64,000 nucleotides of DNA from Octopus sinensis (GCF_006345805.1 NC_043017.1:11780001-11844000); one strand, 5' to 3'; numbered from the stretch's first letter, positions 25,107 through 38,695 are shown. Program-made: numbers and translations. Notes: generated by a model from the letters alone, not told the origin.

Positions 25107-25964
25107 AATTTAGCCCCAGCTCAACCCCCAGCTGAACAAACTTCTGATCAGAGATGTTCCGGCTGTGACCATCCCATCGTCTCGTATATTCTCCGAGCTA
25201 TTTAAACCAATAATGTAGTGAGGGAAATTTTGCAGTTATATTTTCCAGCAGGTTGAGTGACCACATAGAAGCAGCTCCCTTGCTGGCTTGCACTGTGTGT
25301 GGGTAGAAGTAGGTTGGCGGTGGGTATTATACAGATTGTATTATACAAGATTGTGGTTTAGTAGAAGAGCTTACTAATTGTTGAAAGGGTCATTATTTTT
25401 AGAGATTAATCTAGGCCTCTTGATGACAAGGCCTTAATTTAGTCCATACAAAGACAAAGCTCCTAATATCAACTGATTTGATGGTGATTTGTTAAGTACA
25501 AACTCCCAGAAGACTAATTCTAGTCTTGAGTTGTATAGTTATGAACAAAAGGGTTCTTTTGAAGGACTTCGTTAATCTCATTCGTTAACAAGTATTGGTT
25601 GTGGGTGTTTAGAGAATGCAATTAGTTTCGGTTACCACCGCAACCAGACAACAGATTATTTAATCAGGCTATCAGCGCACACAAAATGGTTAGACTCTTG
25701 GTCCTGTTAACATGACTGGAACTTCTGTTTCTTAGCCGTGTACCAATAATCTTAGAATAGATATTAATTAGAAAATTTTACAATTAGTCACTCATGTATT
25801 GGTAAACACTTCTTGAAATAATTAACTTAGTCTTGTAAATGCGTAAAATCAATGCTAAGTGAGCTAGTTGGCATGTTTGCGAGAGAGTCATGTGTGCGAG
25901 GTGGATACATGTATACATGTGTGAAGAGTATATATATGTGTGTGTGTGTGTTCACATGTATATG

Positions 25965-26013
<49 letters not shown>

Positions 26014-26220
26014 ATGTGTGTGTGTGTGTACTTATTTATAATGCAATTTGTGAACAATAGTGTCATTGGATGCAGATTTTCAACAAGCTAATCACTAGAA
26101 TATTGCATTTCTGATGAAGAGTGTAACAATGGAGACCATAACTTCGAGTACCTCAAGGGACTTTGTTCCTAAAGCACCATTTTAATCTTTTTGTTCTCTC
26201 ATTAGTGTTTATGCCCTTTA

Positions 26221-26257
<37 letters not shown>

Positions 26258-26934
26258 ATGAAAGTTACATGCACACCTACACAAACACATACATGCACAC
26301 ACATATATGCACACGCATACATACACATATACACAATGGGCTTTCAGTTTCCATGTTCCAAACCCAGAATCATGTGGTTGGGAAGCAAACATCTTAGCAC
26401 ATAGCTCACAGTTTCTCCTGTATACACACACACACATGTTGAATGAGCTTCTGAACAGTTTCCACCAATTAATTTCTCTCAGTAAGATATTGGTCAAGCT
26501 GAAGCTATGGTAGAAGACACATATCTGAGGTGCCACAGGGTAGCATTGAACCTGGAAACAAGTGGCTGCAAAGTAAAATTTTTAACCGCATACCTATAAA
26601 CACAGCCATGAAAATATCCTACTTGGTCAAGAAACAAGGGTTGAGGCCAGAGGGAGCATTTTGGCTGTGGAAGGATCTGCCTCAACAAGTTTTGTCACAC
26701 TCATGCCATAAGAAAAAATAATGATAATGATGTGTATGTGTGTGTGTTTGTGTGTGTGTATCAACATGTATATTACACAGTATGTTGTGATTCTAGGGAT
26801 ATTTGGTTGCTGTTTCTAGCAGCTTGATCAATTATATAGAGACAGCCTTGTTTGCTACTAAAATCCTTTTGAATGTTATATAAGAGAATGTGAGAGGAAA
26901 AGAATGGACAGCCAACCTGTGTATGCACGTTTGT

Positions 26935-27261
26935 GTGTGTGTGTGTGTGTGTGTGAAACAGAATCAAAGAGAGAGCAAGAGAGAGTATGTGTGTATGTGT
27001 GTGTGTGTTATGTGTGTGTGTGTGAAACAGAATCAAAGAGAGAGCAAGAGAGAGTATGTTTGTGTGTGTGTATGTGTGTGTGTGAAACAGAATCAAAGAG
27101 AGAGTATGTGTGTGTGTGTGTGTGTGTGTATGTGTGTGTGTGTGTGAAACAGAATCAAAGAGAGAGCAAGAGAGAGTATGTTTGTTTGTCTGTGTGTGTA
27201 TATATGTGTGTGTATGTGTGTATGTGTGTGTGAAACAGAATCAAAGAGAGAGCAAGAGAGA

Positions 27262-27305
<44 letters not shown>
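26935..27305. repeat. minisatellite: gaaacagaatcaaagagagag(caagagagag)tat units separated by variable (TG)n
   Basis: Five copies of the core at about 26955, 27024, 27084, 27146 and 27232. Confidence 0.9.
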
Positions 27306-27461
27306 CTGAAAGGGAGAGAGAAGGAAAGTGTATTTGTGAGAGGGATAGAAAGGGGAGTGTGTGTGAGGGAGAAATAGAGAGAGTGAGAGAGAGAGAGAGA
27401 GAACAAGAGGGAGAGAGAGGCAGCCTGTGTGGCAGAGCTGAGGTGAGCAACTTTTCTGTAG

Positions 27462-27661
27462 CAGCAAAGCATAGCGAAAGAATCCGCCGTGGTTGGAGCC
27501 AGGCAGAGAAGCAAAGGAGGCTGATAACGGTGAAAGCAGCCAGGCAGACTGAGACCTGGAGGAGTCTGCAATCGACTGAGAGGCTGAGCATGGTTTACAT
27601 GGACAGGCATGCAGGGCTGGAGAGCAAGACAGAAGCCGGAGAGGAAGAGGAGAGCGAGAGA
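27462..27661 (+). other. candidate exon in a GC-rich non-repetitive island (unverified)
   Basis: cttttctgtag| acceptor and |gtgagt donor bound 200 nt with one open frame (AKHSERIRRGWSQAEKQRR..EEEESER). No protein recognised. Confidence 0.25.
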
Positions 27662-27834
27662 GTGAGTGGGGGTGTGTGTGTTACCAAGTAATTAAGAGAC
27701 AATAATCACTGTATGCCAAAGTCATTCAACTGAAGCCGCCATCCTACAGGGAACACAATGATGGACTGTAATTGCCAAATAATTATCTACCACAGTTGTG
27801 TGTGTGTTGTTTTTTTTTTGTTTGGCTCCCTCCC

Positions 27835-28110
27835 TTGTGCTCTCTCTCTCTCTCTCTCCACCTCTCCTCTCTCTCTCTCCACCTCTCCTTCTCTCTCTCC
27901 ACCTCTCCTCTCTCTCCACCTCTCCTCTCTCTCTCTCCACCCTCTCCTCTTTCTCTCCACCTCTCCTCTCTCTCTCTTTCCACCTCTCCTCTCTCTCTCT
28001 TTCCACCTCTCTCTCTCTCTCTTTCCACCTCTCCTCTCTTTCTCTCCACCTCTCCTCTCTCTCTCTCCACCTCTCCCTCTCTCTCTCTCTCTCCACCTCT
28101 CCTCTTTCTC
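27835..28110. repeat. (CCACCTCTCCTCTCTCTCT)n polypyrimidine minisatellite
   Basis: Direct reading. Confidence 0.9.
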
Positions 28111-28270
28111 TCGGTCTTTGTTGTTTTATATATCCTCTCCTCCCACTACTACCACTGCCCTAACCCTTTCCAGAAGATGAAGAAGGAGGCAGATGGTAGA
28201 CTTCATCAATCTGTCAGTTGATTAATTTGTGGATTTCTTTTAAAGCCTTATTACTTTTCGTGCCTCTGTG

Positions 28271-28333
<63 letters not shown>

Positions 28334-28429
28334 GCATTTATGTGTGACGGTGTGATAGTCTACATATGTGTTTGCATGTATGGATCTAGAGAACATATGT
28401 GCTTAAATAAAGGAGGGAGCAGCTACGTC

Positions 28430-28790
28430 AGGGTGCGTGTGTATGTGCTTGTGTGTATGTGTATGTGTGTATGTGTTTGTGTGTATGTGTTTGTATGTGT
28501 TTGTGTGTATGCGTTTGTGTGTATGCGTTTGTGTGTATGTGTTTGTATGTGTATGTGTGTATGTGTATGTGTTTGTATGTGTTTGTGTGTATGCGTTTGT
28601 GTGTATGCGTTTGTGTGTATGTGTTTGTGTATATGTGCTTGTGCGTATGCGCTTGTGTGTATGCGCTTGTGTGTATGCATTTGTGTGTATGCGTTTGTGT
28701 GTATGTGTTTGTATGTATGCGTTTGTGTGTATGCGCTTGTGTGTATGTGCTTGTGTGTATAAGTGTATGTGTGTATGTGTTTGTGTGTGC
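28430..28790. repeat. about 14-bp minisatellite (GTGTATGCGTTTGT)n
   Basis: Direct reading. Confidence 0.85.
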
Positions 28791-29062
28791 ATATTCATAC
28801 ATACATATGTAAGCATGTCTGTTAAGTCAGAAAAAAAGAGGAAGCTGTCATGTGTCTCTGCATGGATTTATGCATTTGTGTGTGTATGTATAGACATTAC
28901 ATACGTTTGTGTGTATGTGGTTGTGTGTGTGTGTGTGGTTGTGTTGTGTGTGTGTGTACACATGAGTGGAAAAGATGCAGAAAGGCCAGCCAGATATAAA
29001 GTTATAATAAAACTGCAAGGGGTATGAAAGGTCAGATAAGGCATAGGATCTCTCAGAGAGAA

Positions 29063-29108
<46 letters not shown>

Positions 29109-29275
29109 GGAGGAGAGAGAAAGAGAGAAGGAAAGACAACAGAAAGAAGAGAAGACGAAGACAGGACAGAAAAGACAGGTGCAGACAAGACAGACAGATT
29201 AGCAGACAGCTGAATAAACAAGCATATTTATTAGTGCTGACATATTATTACATATACATACCACACACATATAAA

Positions 29276-29333
<58 letters not shown>

Positions 29334-29350
29334 GTATATATGTATATATG

Positions 29351-29415
<65 letters not shown>

Positions 29416-30077
29416 CCATCCACACTGCTCCATTTATTCTCGCTCCTCAAACCAATAAAACAGAGCTATAAATTTCTCCATATTCTCCATAAAACATGGT
29501 TGTATAGAAAAGATTTCAACAGTTACAACAATTGGACGACATGTAATTTCTGCTTTTTCTTTTTTTTTTCTTTTTTGTTGTCTTCTCCATGTTGTGTTCT
29601 TTCTATGCACAGGAGCCCATGTCTTTTTTTTTTTTTTTGTTATTCTTGTTCTCTGGGGTTGTATTCTGTTGTATTCTTGTAGTTCTGTAGTCCTGCCTCT
29701 AATTCCCATGAGGTAGCGAAATTTAATAAATGTCATTGTCTCTCTCTCTCTCTCTCTCTCTCTCCTCTCCCCCTCTCTCTCTCTCTCACTTCCTCTCTCC
29801 TCTCCCCCCCTCTCTCTCTCTCTCTCACTTCCTCTCTCCCTCTCATACAAACTTTGAGAGGATCAACCTTCAGTCTTGTTACTGCTTCGTTCTGGTTCCA
29901 TGGTGCACAGCAGATGATAAGAGATCAACCTGGTCATGGCTAGGATGCCAGCCATCCTCAGAAAATAATCTCCAGATGATCAGAGAGCTTATTTCTCATT
30001 GTACATAAGAAGCTCATTGAATATAAGTAGAAATATAATAAATTAATAAATAAATAAATAAATAAATAACAACAGAT

Positions 30078-30245
30078 GGCGTAGGAGTGGCTGTGTAGTA
30101 AGTAGCTTGCTTACGAACCACATGGTTCTGGGTTCTGTCCCACTGTGTGGTACCTTGGGCAAGTGTCTTCTACTATAGCTTTGGGCCGACCAAAGCCTTG
30201 TGAGTGGATTTGGTAGACGGAAACTGAAAGAAGCCCGTCGTATAT
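30078..30245 (+). mobile_element. family A SINE, 5' half
   Basis: Head through ctgaaagaagcccgtcg, ending in (TA)n. Confidence 0.85.
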
Positions 30246-30246
30246 A

Positions 30247-30285
<39 letters not shown>

Positions 30286-30684
30286 CAATATCAGGGTAGC
30301 AAAAAATTCAAGAGAAATTTTTTCACCACCATATATATATATACATATGTATATATGTATGTATGTATAGTTGATGGTCGATTACTACTGAAGGGGAGAG
30401 AATCTCTTCTAGCTTTGAGCATGTTGCGGAATTTATACTTGTATGATATTAAACAATGAAAAGCATAGATATATTTCTCTATAGTTCTTTCATTTATTTG
30501 TTATTTTCCTTTCTTTGAGATAAAGGCATGAAAAGCACTATTTCGTCCACCTTTTGGACTTGTCATCACAACATAACTTGGGGCTTGAAATTAATTAAGC
30601 TAAATTCATTTTTTTTTTCCTGTTTCTTCTTCTAACAGTAGCGGAAAGAAGTATAGAGTGACTTGAAATCAATTAGGCTTATAT

Positions 30685-30890
30685 ATATAAAGTTAATCCA
30701 AACATGAAACAACAAGGAGAAAACACAACGCGAGGACGTGGAACAAATATAGTGTTATTGGACGCTCAGGAAAGAAGGAAAGAAGGAGGGTTTAACGTTT
30801 TGAGTGGAGCTCTTCATCAGAAACATAGGAAAAGGAAAGATCCAAAGAAGGGAAGACGGAGAAAAAAAATCACCAACGATATATATATAT
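30685..30890 (-). mobile_element. family P1 repeat with hammerhead motif at 30790-30824
   Basis: Minus strand reads gttt CTGATGA a gagc tcc actc aaaacgt t aaac (G12 mutated to A). Confidence 0.75.
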
Positions 30891-31334
30891 ATATATGTAT
30901 GTATGTATATATGTGTGTGTATATAAAATCATCATTTAACATCCTTGCAGTATATGTGTAGGGTTTGATCATATTTGCTAAGCAATTAAACAAATTATCT
31001 CCATCTTTACTCATTCTTTCATCAGGAGTCTGTATTTGTGTGTGTATATGCATCTGTGTGTGTATGCATCTATGTGTGTATGAAGTTCATTGTATTTGCA
31101 GAGCAAATTCTATATTTGCACTGTCTCCTACATTGATCTGTGTATACGAGTGTGTTTGCATGTGTATTGTTTGATTATATTTGCTGAGCTATTTTTCTGT
31201 TTACTCTGTTTTCCTCTGCAATATGTGTATATATATGTGCATATTTAGATGTGTGTATATATCTGTGTGTTTAATGTTTGGAAATATTTGCATTGTGGTT
31301 TAAGCTGTTTGGTCTGTTTCTTACAGCAAACATT

Positions 31335-31680
31335 ATCTGTGTGTGTGTGTGAGAGAGAGAGAGAGTGTATGTGTGTGTATGTGTGTGAGAGAGAGAGTGT
31401 ATGTGTGTGTGTATGTGTGTGAGAGAGAGTGTGTGTGTGTGAGAGAGAGTGTATGTGTGTATGTGTGAGAGAGTGTGTGTGTGTGTGTGTATCTATATTA
31501 TGTGTGTATGTGAGAGAGAGTGTGTATGTGTGTGTGAGAGAGAGTGTATGTGTGTGTGTATCTGTATTATGTGTGTGTGTGTGTGAGAGAGAGTGTATGT
31601 GTGTGTGTGTGAGAGAGTGTATGTGTGTGTGTGTGTGTATCTGTATTATGTGTTATGTGTGTGTGTATGTGTGGATGTAT
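31335..31680. repeat. compound (TG)n(AG)n minisatellite
   Basis: Direct reading. Confidence 0.85.
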
Positions 31681-32029
31681 GTCATTGACCTGTGGCCATT
31701 ATTTTCTCCACACTAAAACACACATATAGTGTGTGTGTGAGGTCATTGGCAGGCCTGCAATTCTAAGTTTATTTGCATAACAGTTATGTATATATGTGCA
31801 TCAGCTTGTCTATTTATGCATGTAAAGCAATGTAATTGTGCATCACATCTTGTGTGTGGTGTGTGTGTTGTGCAAGTTAAACAGCAATGCAAATACGGAA
31901 GCATCATAATGAGGCAACGTCTATATGGTCTCTTAACCTGCTAAAAAAAGAGCAGCCAAATCATCTTTAAAATCACCTTCTACTGTCACAGAAAGGGAAA
32001 CACATGTTTGACAATGTAGTCCTAGATAT

Positions 32030-32415
32030 GTGGAAGCACTCCGTCGGTTACGACGATGAGGGTTCCGGTTGATCCGAATCAACAGAATAGCCTGCTTGTG
32101 AAATTAATGTGTAAGTGGCTGAGCACTCCACAGACACGTGTACCCTTAACGTAGTTCTCGGGGATATTCAGCGTGACACAGAGAGTGACAAGGCCGGCCC
32201 TTTGAAATACAGGTACAACAGAAACAGGAAGAAAGAGTGAGAGAAAGTTGTGGTGAAAGAGTACAGCAGGGATCACCACCATCCCCTGCCGGAGCCTCGT
32301 GGAGCTTTAGGTGTTTTCGCTCAATAAACACTCACAACGCCCGGTCTAGGAATCGAAACCGCGATCCTATGACCGCGAGTCCGCTGCCCTAACCACTGGG
32401 CCATTGTGCCTCCAC
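32030..32415 (-). mobile_element. tRNA-headed SINE-like element, family D, with 12-bp TSD
   Basis: TSD agtcctagatat at 32018-32029 and 32416-32427. Minus-strand head tggcccagtggttagggc..gtttcgattcc. Confidence 0.8.
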
Positions 32416-33254
32416 AGTCCTAGATATACAAAGAGACAGGATGGCCATATCTGGAATGCCATTGCTCATAATACTGGTGATCAGATGCTAACTTGGGAGT
32501 TAAATATATAGCTTGTTTCTCTGTCTCTCTCTGTATATTTACATGCTTACTGCTTTTATTTTGTAACCTGAAGTCAGTTCTGATCCTGTACAACTATAGT
32601 GAAGGATACATTCTGGCCATGGCCATCCCACCCTTTATTCTTAATTTGTGTGTCTAGGACTACATTTTCCAATGTGTCCTTCTTTTTTTTTTTAAAGATG
32701 CTAGGATGTAGGTTGCTTCTTGCAGAAGCTTAAGTGACATCGTAAGGGCTCCTTCCTTGGCTCAATTTTTATACAATAATGTGATGTGTGTTTTATATAT
32801 GTATATGTGTCTTTATGTATTTTGTTTTTAAATTTTTACACAGTAATCCATTTGTGTAGAGTAGTTTTCAGTGAACAGGCCAACATGGCACACAGTGTAA
32901 ACATTCAAATATCATCGCTGTCTTTCCAAATCCTGTTGCATTTTGCGGTCTTTGAAAAGTGTGGTCTGCAAAATTCGACTTGCATGCTGAAAAATATGGT
33001 ATGTGTGGGTTGGTGTAAGTGTGTATATGTGTATGTTTGTGTATGTGTGTGTGTGTGTATGTGTGTGAGTGTGTGTGTGTGTATGTATAGCAGCAAGTGA
33101 ACAAGACATTTAAAGGGTTACAGTGCATCACTGGCTTTAAAAGTTTCATCAGATAAAAGAAAAAAAACCTCAAATATTGAAATTGTTTTGAAGCATTTTC
33201 TGCTTGGTTGCAAAAGAACATAAATGTTCTGACGCAGGGCACAAACAACCTCAC

Positions 33255-33368
33255 CAGTTTTCTTAATAAGACCTTGGCGTTTAGTAACTGTCTGAAAACC
33301 TCATGACACACCTGCTGCTCGTACATGGTACACAGGTGTGTTGCAACACTTTGGATGAGAAATAGATG
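33255..33368 (-). other. candidate coding exon (unverified)
   Basis: attctccacag| acceptor, |gtgagg donor, 114 nt, phase 0-0, single open frame HLFLIQSVATHLCTMYEQQVCHEVFRQLLNAKVLLRKL. No protein recognised. Confidence 0.25.
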
Positions 33369-33769
33369 CTGTGGAGAATAAATACTAGAATATGAAGAAC
33401 TGTACTGAAAATAAGAAATAAATACATTTTTTACTTGGACTGCGGCCATGCTGGGGTATCACTTCAAAGGGAGTTCTTTTTAATTGATAACATGGAATCT
33501 AGTACATATTTTAAAGTCTATTGGTCACTTTTGCTGAACCGTTATGTTATGGGGATGTAAACAAACCAACAACGGTTGTCAAGTAGTGGAGAGGCAAACA
33601 CACACACACACACACATGACAGTTTCCCATATAGTTTCGGTCTGCCAAATCCACTCATAAGTCATTAGTCAAATTAATAGAAGACGTTTTTGTCAAAGAT
33701 GCTGAAGAGTGAGATTGAACCCAAAAGCTTGTGGCTGGGAATTGAACTCCTTAAGCTCACGGCCAGGGG

Positions 33770-34140
33770 TAAGTGAGGAAATGAATGTATCTACCTGTAT
33801 GAGTAAATTGTGTGTATGTGAATGTATAAATATGTTTACCTGTGAGTGTGTATGCGCGTGAGTGTGAGTGTGAATGTGTGAGTGTGAGTGTGAATGTGTG
33901 AGTGTGAGTGTGAATGTGTGTGAGTGTGAGAAATGCGTGTGAGTGAGGAAATGAATGTATCTACCTGTATGAGTAAATTGTGTGTATGTGAATGTGTAAA
34001 TATGTTTACCTGTGAGTGTGTATGCGTGTGAGAAAGCGTGAGCAAATATGTTTAACCCTGTGTGTGAGTGAGTAAAAGTACGTGTGTGCATGTGTGTGTG
34101 TGTGAGTGAGTAAAAGTACGTGTGTGCATGTGTGTGTGTG
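33770..34140. repeat. local tandem duplications (about 170-bp unit and about 36-bp unit) in TG-rich DNA
   Basis: gtgaggaaatgaatgtatctacctgtatgagtaaattg.. at about 33773 and 33943; gagtgagtaaaagtacgtgtgtgcatg twice. Confidence 0.85.
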
Positions 34141-34774
34141 TGTGTGCGCAAATGTGATTAAATGCATTTATCAATGCGTGCATAAGTGAGTAAATACGAG
34201 TACACATGTATGTGTGTATGTGTGTAAGTGCATGTTAGTGTGTATATGTGTAAGTGTGTGTGAACGCATGCGTGTGTGTAAGTGAATATATTATTTATCT
34301 GTGTCTACCAATATTTTCGGTAAAAAAATAAATGTAAAACAAAACGAAATTGCTTTATTCTCCTCACCAATAAAAAGAGACAATAAAACCTTTATAATTG
34401 TTTCCATTTATCTATTTCTATCACCGTCAGCATCATCATCACCCCTTATCCATGTCTCTAGTTTTTTTTTATTCATCTACATCACGCTTTTTTTTTCTAT
34501 CACATTGCTCTCTCTATTTATGATTATTATTATCATTCTATTGTAATTGTTATCTTTTTTTCTCCTTATTTCTAATATATTTCCTCTCAAATTCTCTTTT
34601 TAAAGACTATGTTTCAATACACTAATAGACATTCTTTGCTTCCAGACAGACAAGATACTTGTCTGAATATATACATGCTTTCATATCGACCATATTACAT
34701 CTGCAATATGTATATATATGTATGGGCATGTATGTTTCTGAATATGTATTTGTGCACATTATCAACATATATAT

Positions 34775-34816
<42 letters not shown>

Positions 34817-34883
34817 ACATATCTGTGTATAAATATAAATATGTATAGGGCCAATAAGTATATATGTAAATATCTGTCTATCA

Positions 34884-34919
<36 letters not shown>

Positions 34920-35109
34920 GTCTGTCTGTCTGTCTATTTATCTCTCTATCTATAAATACATATATATAAATGTGTGTGTGTATATGAATATATGTATATG
35001 TGGATGTATATATGTATATCTGTGTGTGTGTGTGTGCATATATATATATATATATGTATGCAGATGTGTGTATGTATGTATATCTATCTATCTATCTATC
35101 TATCTATCT

Positions 35110-35164
<55 letters not shown>

Positions 35165-35681
35165 GCTGTATGTATATATGTATATATATATATGTAGATT
35201 TATGTATATATGTATATATATAAATATGTGTGTGTAGATGTATGTATATATGTATATGTATATATATATATGTAAATGTATGTATATATATATATATATA
35301 TATAATATATATATATATATATTATATATATATATACACATATACATATATACATACATCTACATATATATGTGTGTGTGTGTGTGAAAAATACCCTCTA
35401 GTTTGTAGATAGAGAGAAAAAAAAGAGCAAGAAATTATCACTTCCTGTAGTATAATAGACATTCTTTGATCTCCCTTGTGAATTTATTTGTCTGCTGTGC
35501 AAAATATATTAAAAAAAAATGACTGTGCATAGGAAAAAAAAATGCTGAATAGAAACAGCATAATTTTAAAAAAAATAGATATAACAGTTTTTCTTTTGCA
35601 TAACCACACCAAAATGGTGTATTATTACTTTTATAATGTAAAGAAAATAATACAGAAGATAATGTTGATAATAATAAAGAA

Positions 35682-35750
<69 letters not shown>

Positions 35751-35999
35751 CATTATTTCAAAGTAACTTTTCCATACTTGCATGGGTTGGATTAAGGCAC
35801 ATTTTCCTTATACCCCACCTGTTGCCAAACCTTACCTTTTTCTAAGCAAGTTAATATTTCCCAATGACCCCAACAAGGGTAATTTTCTTTGGTGCTTTAG
35901 TGATTCTACTGGAAGAAATGGAATATCATAAAAAAACCCTTGCTGTACTTTTTTCTTGTTTTATAGGATTGTAATTCAAATCCCACCAGTGTGTTCCTC

Positions 36000-36740
36000 T
36001 GGATTTGTAATGTCAGTGTGCATACTTGACAAAGTGTAAGTGTCTTGATAGAAAAGTTGGACCTAAGAAGCATCAGATGTGGTGTGTAAGAGAGACGGCT
36101 GCGCTGGTATGGTCATGTGGTGAGGATGGATGAGGATAACTGTGTGAAAAAGTGCCATATCTTAGCGGTTGAGAGAACCTGTGGAAGAGGTAGACCTAGG
36201 AAGACCTGGGATGAAGTGCTAAAGTACAACTTTCGAATGTGAGGCCTCATCGAACCAATGACTAGTGACCGAGACCTTTGGAAATATGCTGTGCTGGAGG
36301 AGACCCGACAAGCCAAGTGAGACCATAACCTGTGGCCTATGCCAGGGGTATAACCAGCCCACTTATGCATACCTTTCTGCATAAGACCTGTTGAAGCAAG
36401 TGAAATCGAAATCAAAATCAAATTTGATGACAGCACTGCATGACTGGCATCCATGCTAGTGGAGTGCTAAGAGCACCATCCGAGTGTGATGCTGACTGGC
36501 TCCCGTGCTGGTGGCACGTAAAAAAACACCATTTGAGCATGGCCATTGCCAGTACCGCCTGACTGGCACATAAAAGCACCCACTACATTCTCGGAGTGGT
36601 TGGTGTTAGGAAGGACATCCAGCAGTAGAAACTCTGCCAGATCAGATTGGGGCCTGGTGCAGCCATCTGGCTTGCCAGTTCTCAGTCAAATTGTCCAACC
36701 CATGCCAGCATGGAAAGCAGACGTTAAACGATGACGATGA
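36000..36740 (+). mobile_element. 5'-truncated RTE-type LINE: ORF2 C-terminus plus 3' UTR
   Basis: Translation ..ERRLRWYGHVVRMDEDNCVKKCHILAVERTCGRGRPRKTWDEVLK..MTSDRDLWKYAVLEETRQAK* (stop at 36318-36320, with internal stops), then the tail ending gacgttaaacgatgacgatga. Confidence 0.9.
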
Positions 36741-37232
36741 GTCAGTAGCCTTGTTGCCTTTAGAAGTGTACTGTACCTCCCCCATTGCACTTGCTTTTAC
36801 CTAGGAAGAGAATCAGAAAGGACTGTCATTGTAATTGTATAGTCCTCTTTGTATTATCTGTAGCATATAACAAAAGAAGCTGTCAGAATCAAACAGATGG
36901 TCAACTTTTATTGTATTTGGCTGAACATCAGACCAGCCTGCAGCATCCGGGTGGCTGACTGAATATTTGAACTGACTATATCTCACTAGCAGGATGGATA
37001 TGCAAGAAAACAGAAATGAGGCAAGTTTTAGATTTTAGTAACCGATTTTAGCAGGTTCGCCAGACCAGCTATAAAGATGTAAAAGATGTGTGTGTGTATG
37101 TGTGTGCATGTGTGTGGACCATATGCGTCATGGCACAGTGTGTCATGGCACAGTGGCTGAAAACATCTGCTCCACAACTTAGCTGCTCCATCCCTCTCCA
37201 TGTTTTATTTGTTAATTTCTTTTGCCTTGTAT

Positions 37233-37641
37233 AGGCGCAGGAGTGGCTGTGTGGTAAGTAGCTTGCTAACCAACCACATGGCTCCGGGTTCAGTCCCACT
37301 GCGTGGCATCTTGGGCAAGTGTCTTCTGCTATAGCCCTGGGCCGACCAATGCCTTGTGAGTGGATTTGGTAGACGGAAACTGAAAGAAGCCTGTCGTATA
37401 TATGTATATATATATAAGTGTGTGTATATGTTTGTGTGTCTGTGTTTGTCCCCCTAGCATTGCTTGACAACCGATGCTGGTGTGTTTACGTCCCCGTCAC
37501 TTAGCGGTTCGGCAAAAGAGACCGATAGAATAAGTACTGGGCTTACAAAGAATAAGTCCCGGGGTCGATTTGCTCGACTAAAGGCAGTGCTCCAGCATGG
37601 CTGCAGTCAAATGACTGAAACAAGTAAAAGAGTAAAGAGTA
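37233..37641 (+). mobile_element. family A SINE, full length
   Basis: Complete head to tail. Confidence 0.9.
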
Positions 37642-38610
37642 TCTTTTCTTTCTGTTATTGGATTTCCCAGATCAATCACATTCTCACCTCATTCAATTTT
37701 CATCTCTTTTCTGGAATCTTTTACTTTATTGTTCTCTCATCTTTCATTCAATTCATCTGAACATTTCTCTCTCTCATCATTTAGGTCGTTTCCCTTTTTC
37801 CGACTTGTTTAGCCCATTTATTTCTGAACCCTTCTCCCATTGAATATCTCTCCCTCTCTCTGCCTCTCCCTCTCTCCCCCTCTCTCTCTTTCCCTCTCTC
37901 TCTAATATGTAATGTTATCAACATTTATTTACATTTCAAACACAAATTTTGAGGGGAAGGAGCAAGTCAATTACATTGAAGCTGACGCATCACTGGTACT
38001 CCATTGACCGTGGAGAGATGAAAGACAAACTTGATCACACGAGGAAATAATGATAATGAGTAAGAATAAATCCCTATGCCTTATTGTCTTGAGTCCTTGG
38101 ACTCAGAGGGCTGGTCACTTGGTTATCATGGCATGGCATATGAGTGACCAAGATCACCTCATCAGCCCTGAATGAGATGCCAGTCCATTTACAGCCGAGT
38201 GGGACAGGACCAATATAAAATGAAGTGTTTTGCTCAAGAACACAATGGACCACCTGGTCTGCAATTTGAAACCAAAACGTGCCAATAATGAGTACAACAC
38301 CTTAACCACTGGACCACATGCCTTCACAATAATATAACAATTGTTTCTAATTTAGGTTTTTGGGCCAGCAGTTTTCAGTGGGGTGGGTGTCAGTCAATAC
38401 CATGGAGCCCAGTACTTGACTGGAATTTTATTCTATCAGCTCTGAAAGGCTGAAAGGCAAAGGTAACCTTGCTGGGAGTTGAAATCAGAATCTGGGATGA
38501 GTTTTCTTTTTCTTTTTTGATATCACTTTCTCTTCTGTCCTTTCTTTCCCTTTCTACCTTTTACGTTCAACATATCTAAACTTCTCTCTCACTTTGTCTA
38601 TATCTCTTAC

Positions 38611-38695
<85 letters not shown>

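Noticed and set aside
26110-26150. Hammerhead at ctgatgaagag (also 19405 and 834)
   Set aside because: No downstream stem II complement or GAAA.
26935-27305. CRISPR array
   Set aside because: Spacers are (TG)n microsatellites, the context is eukaryotic and there are no cas genes.
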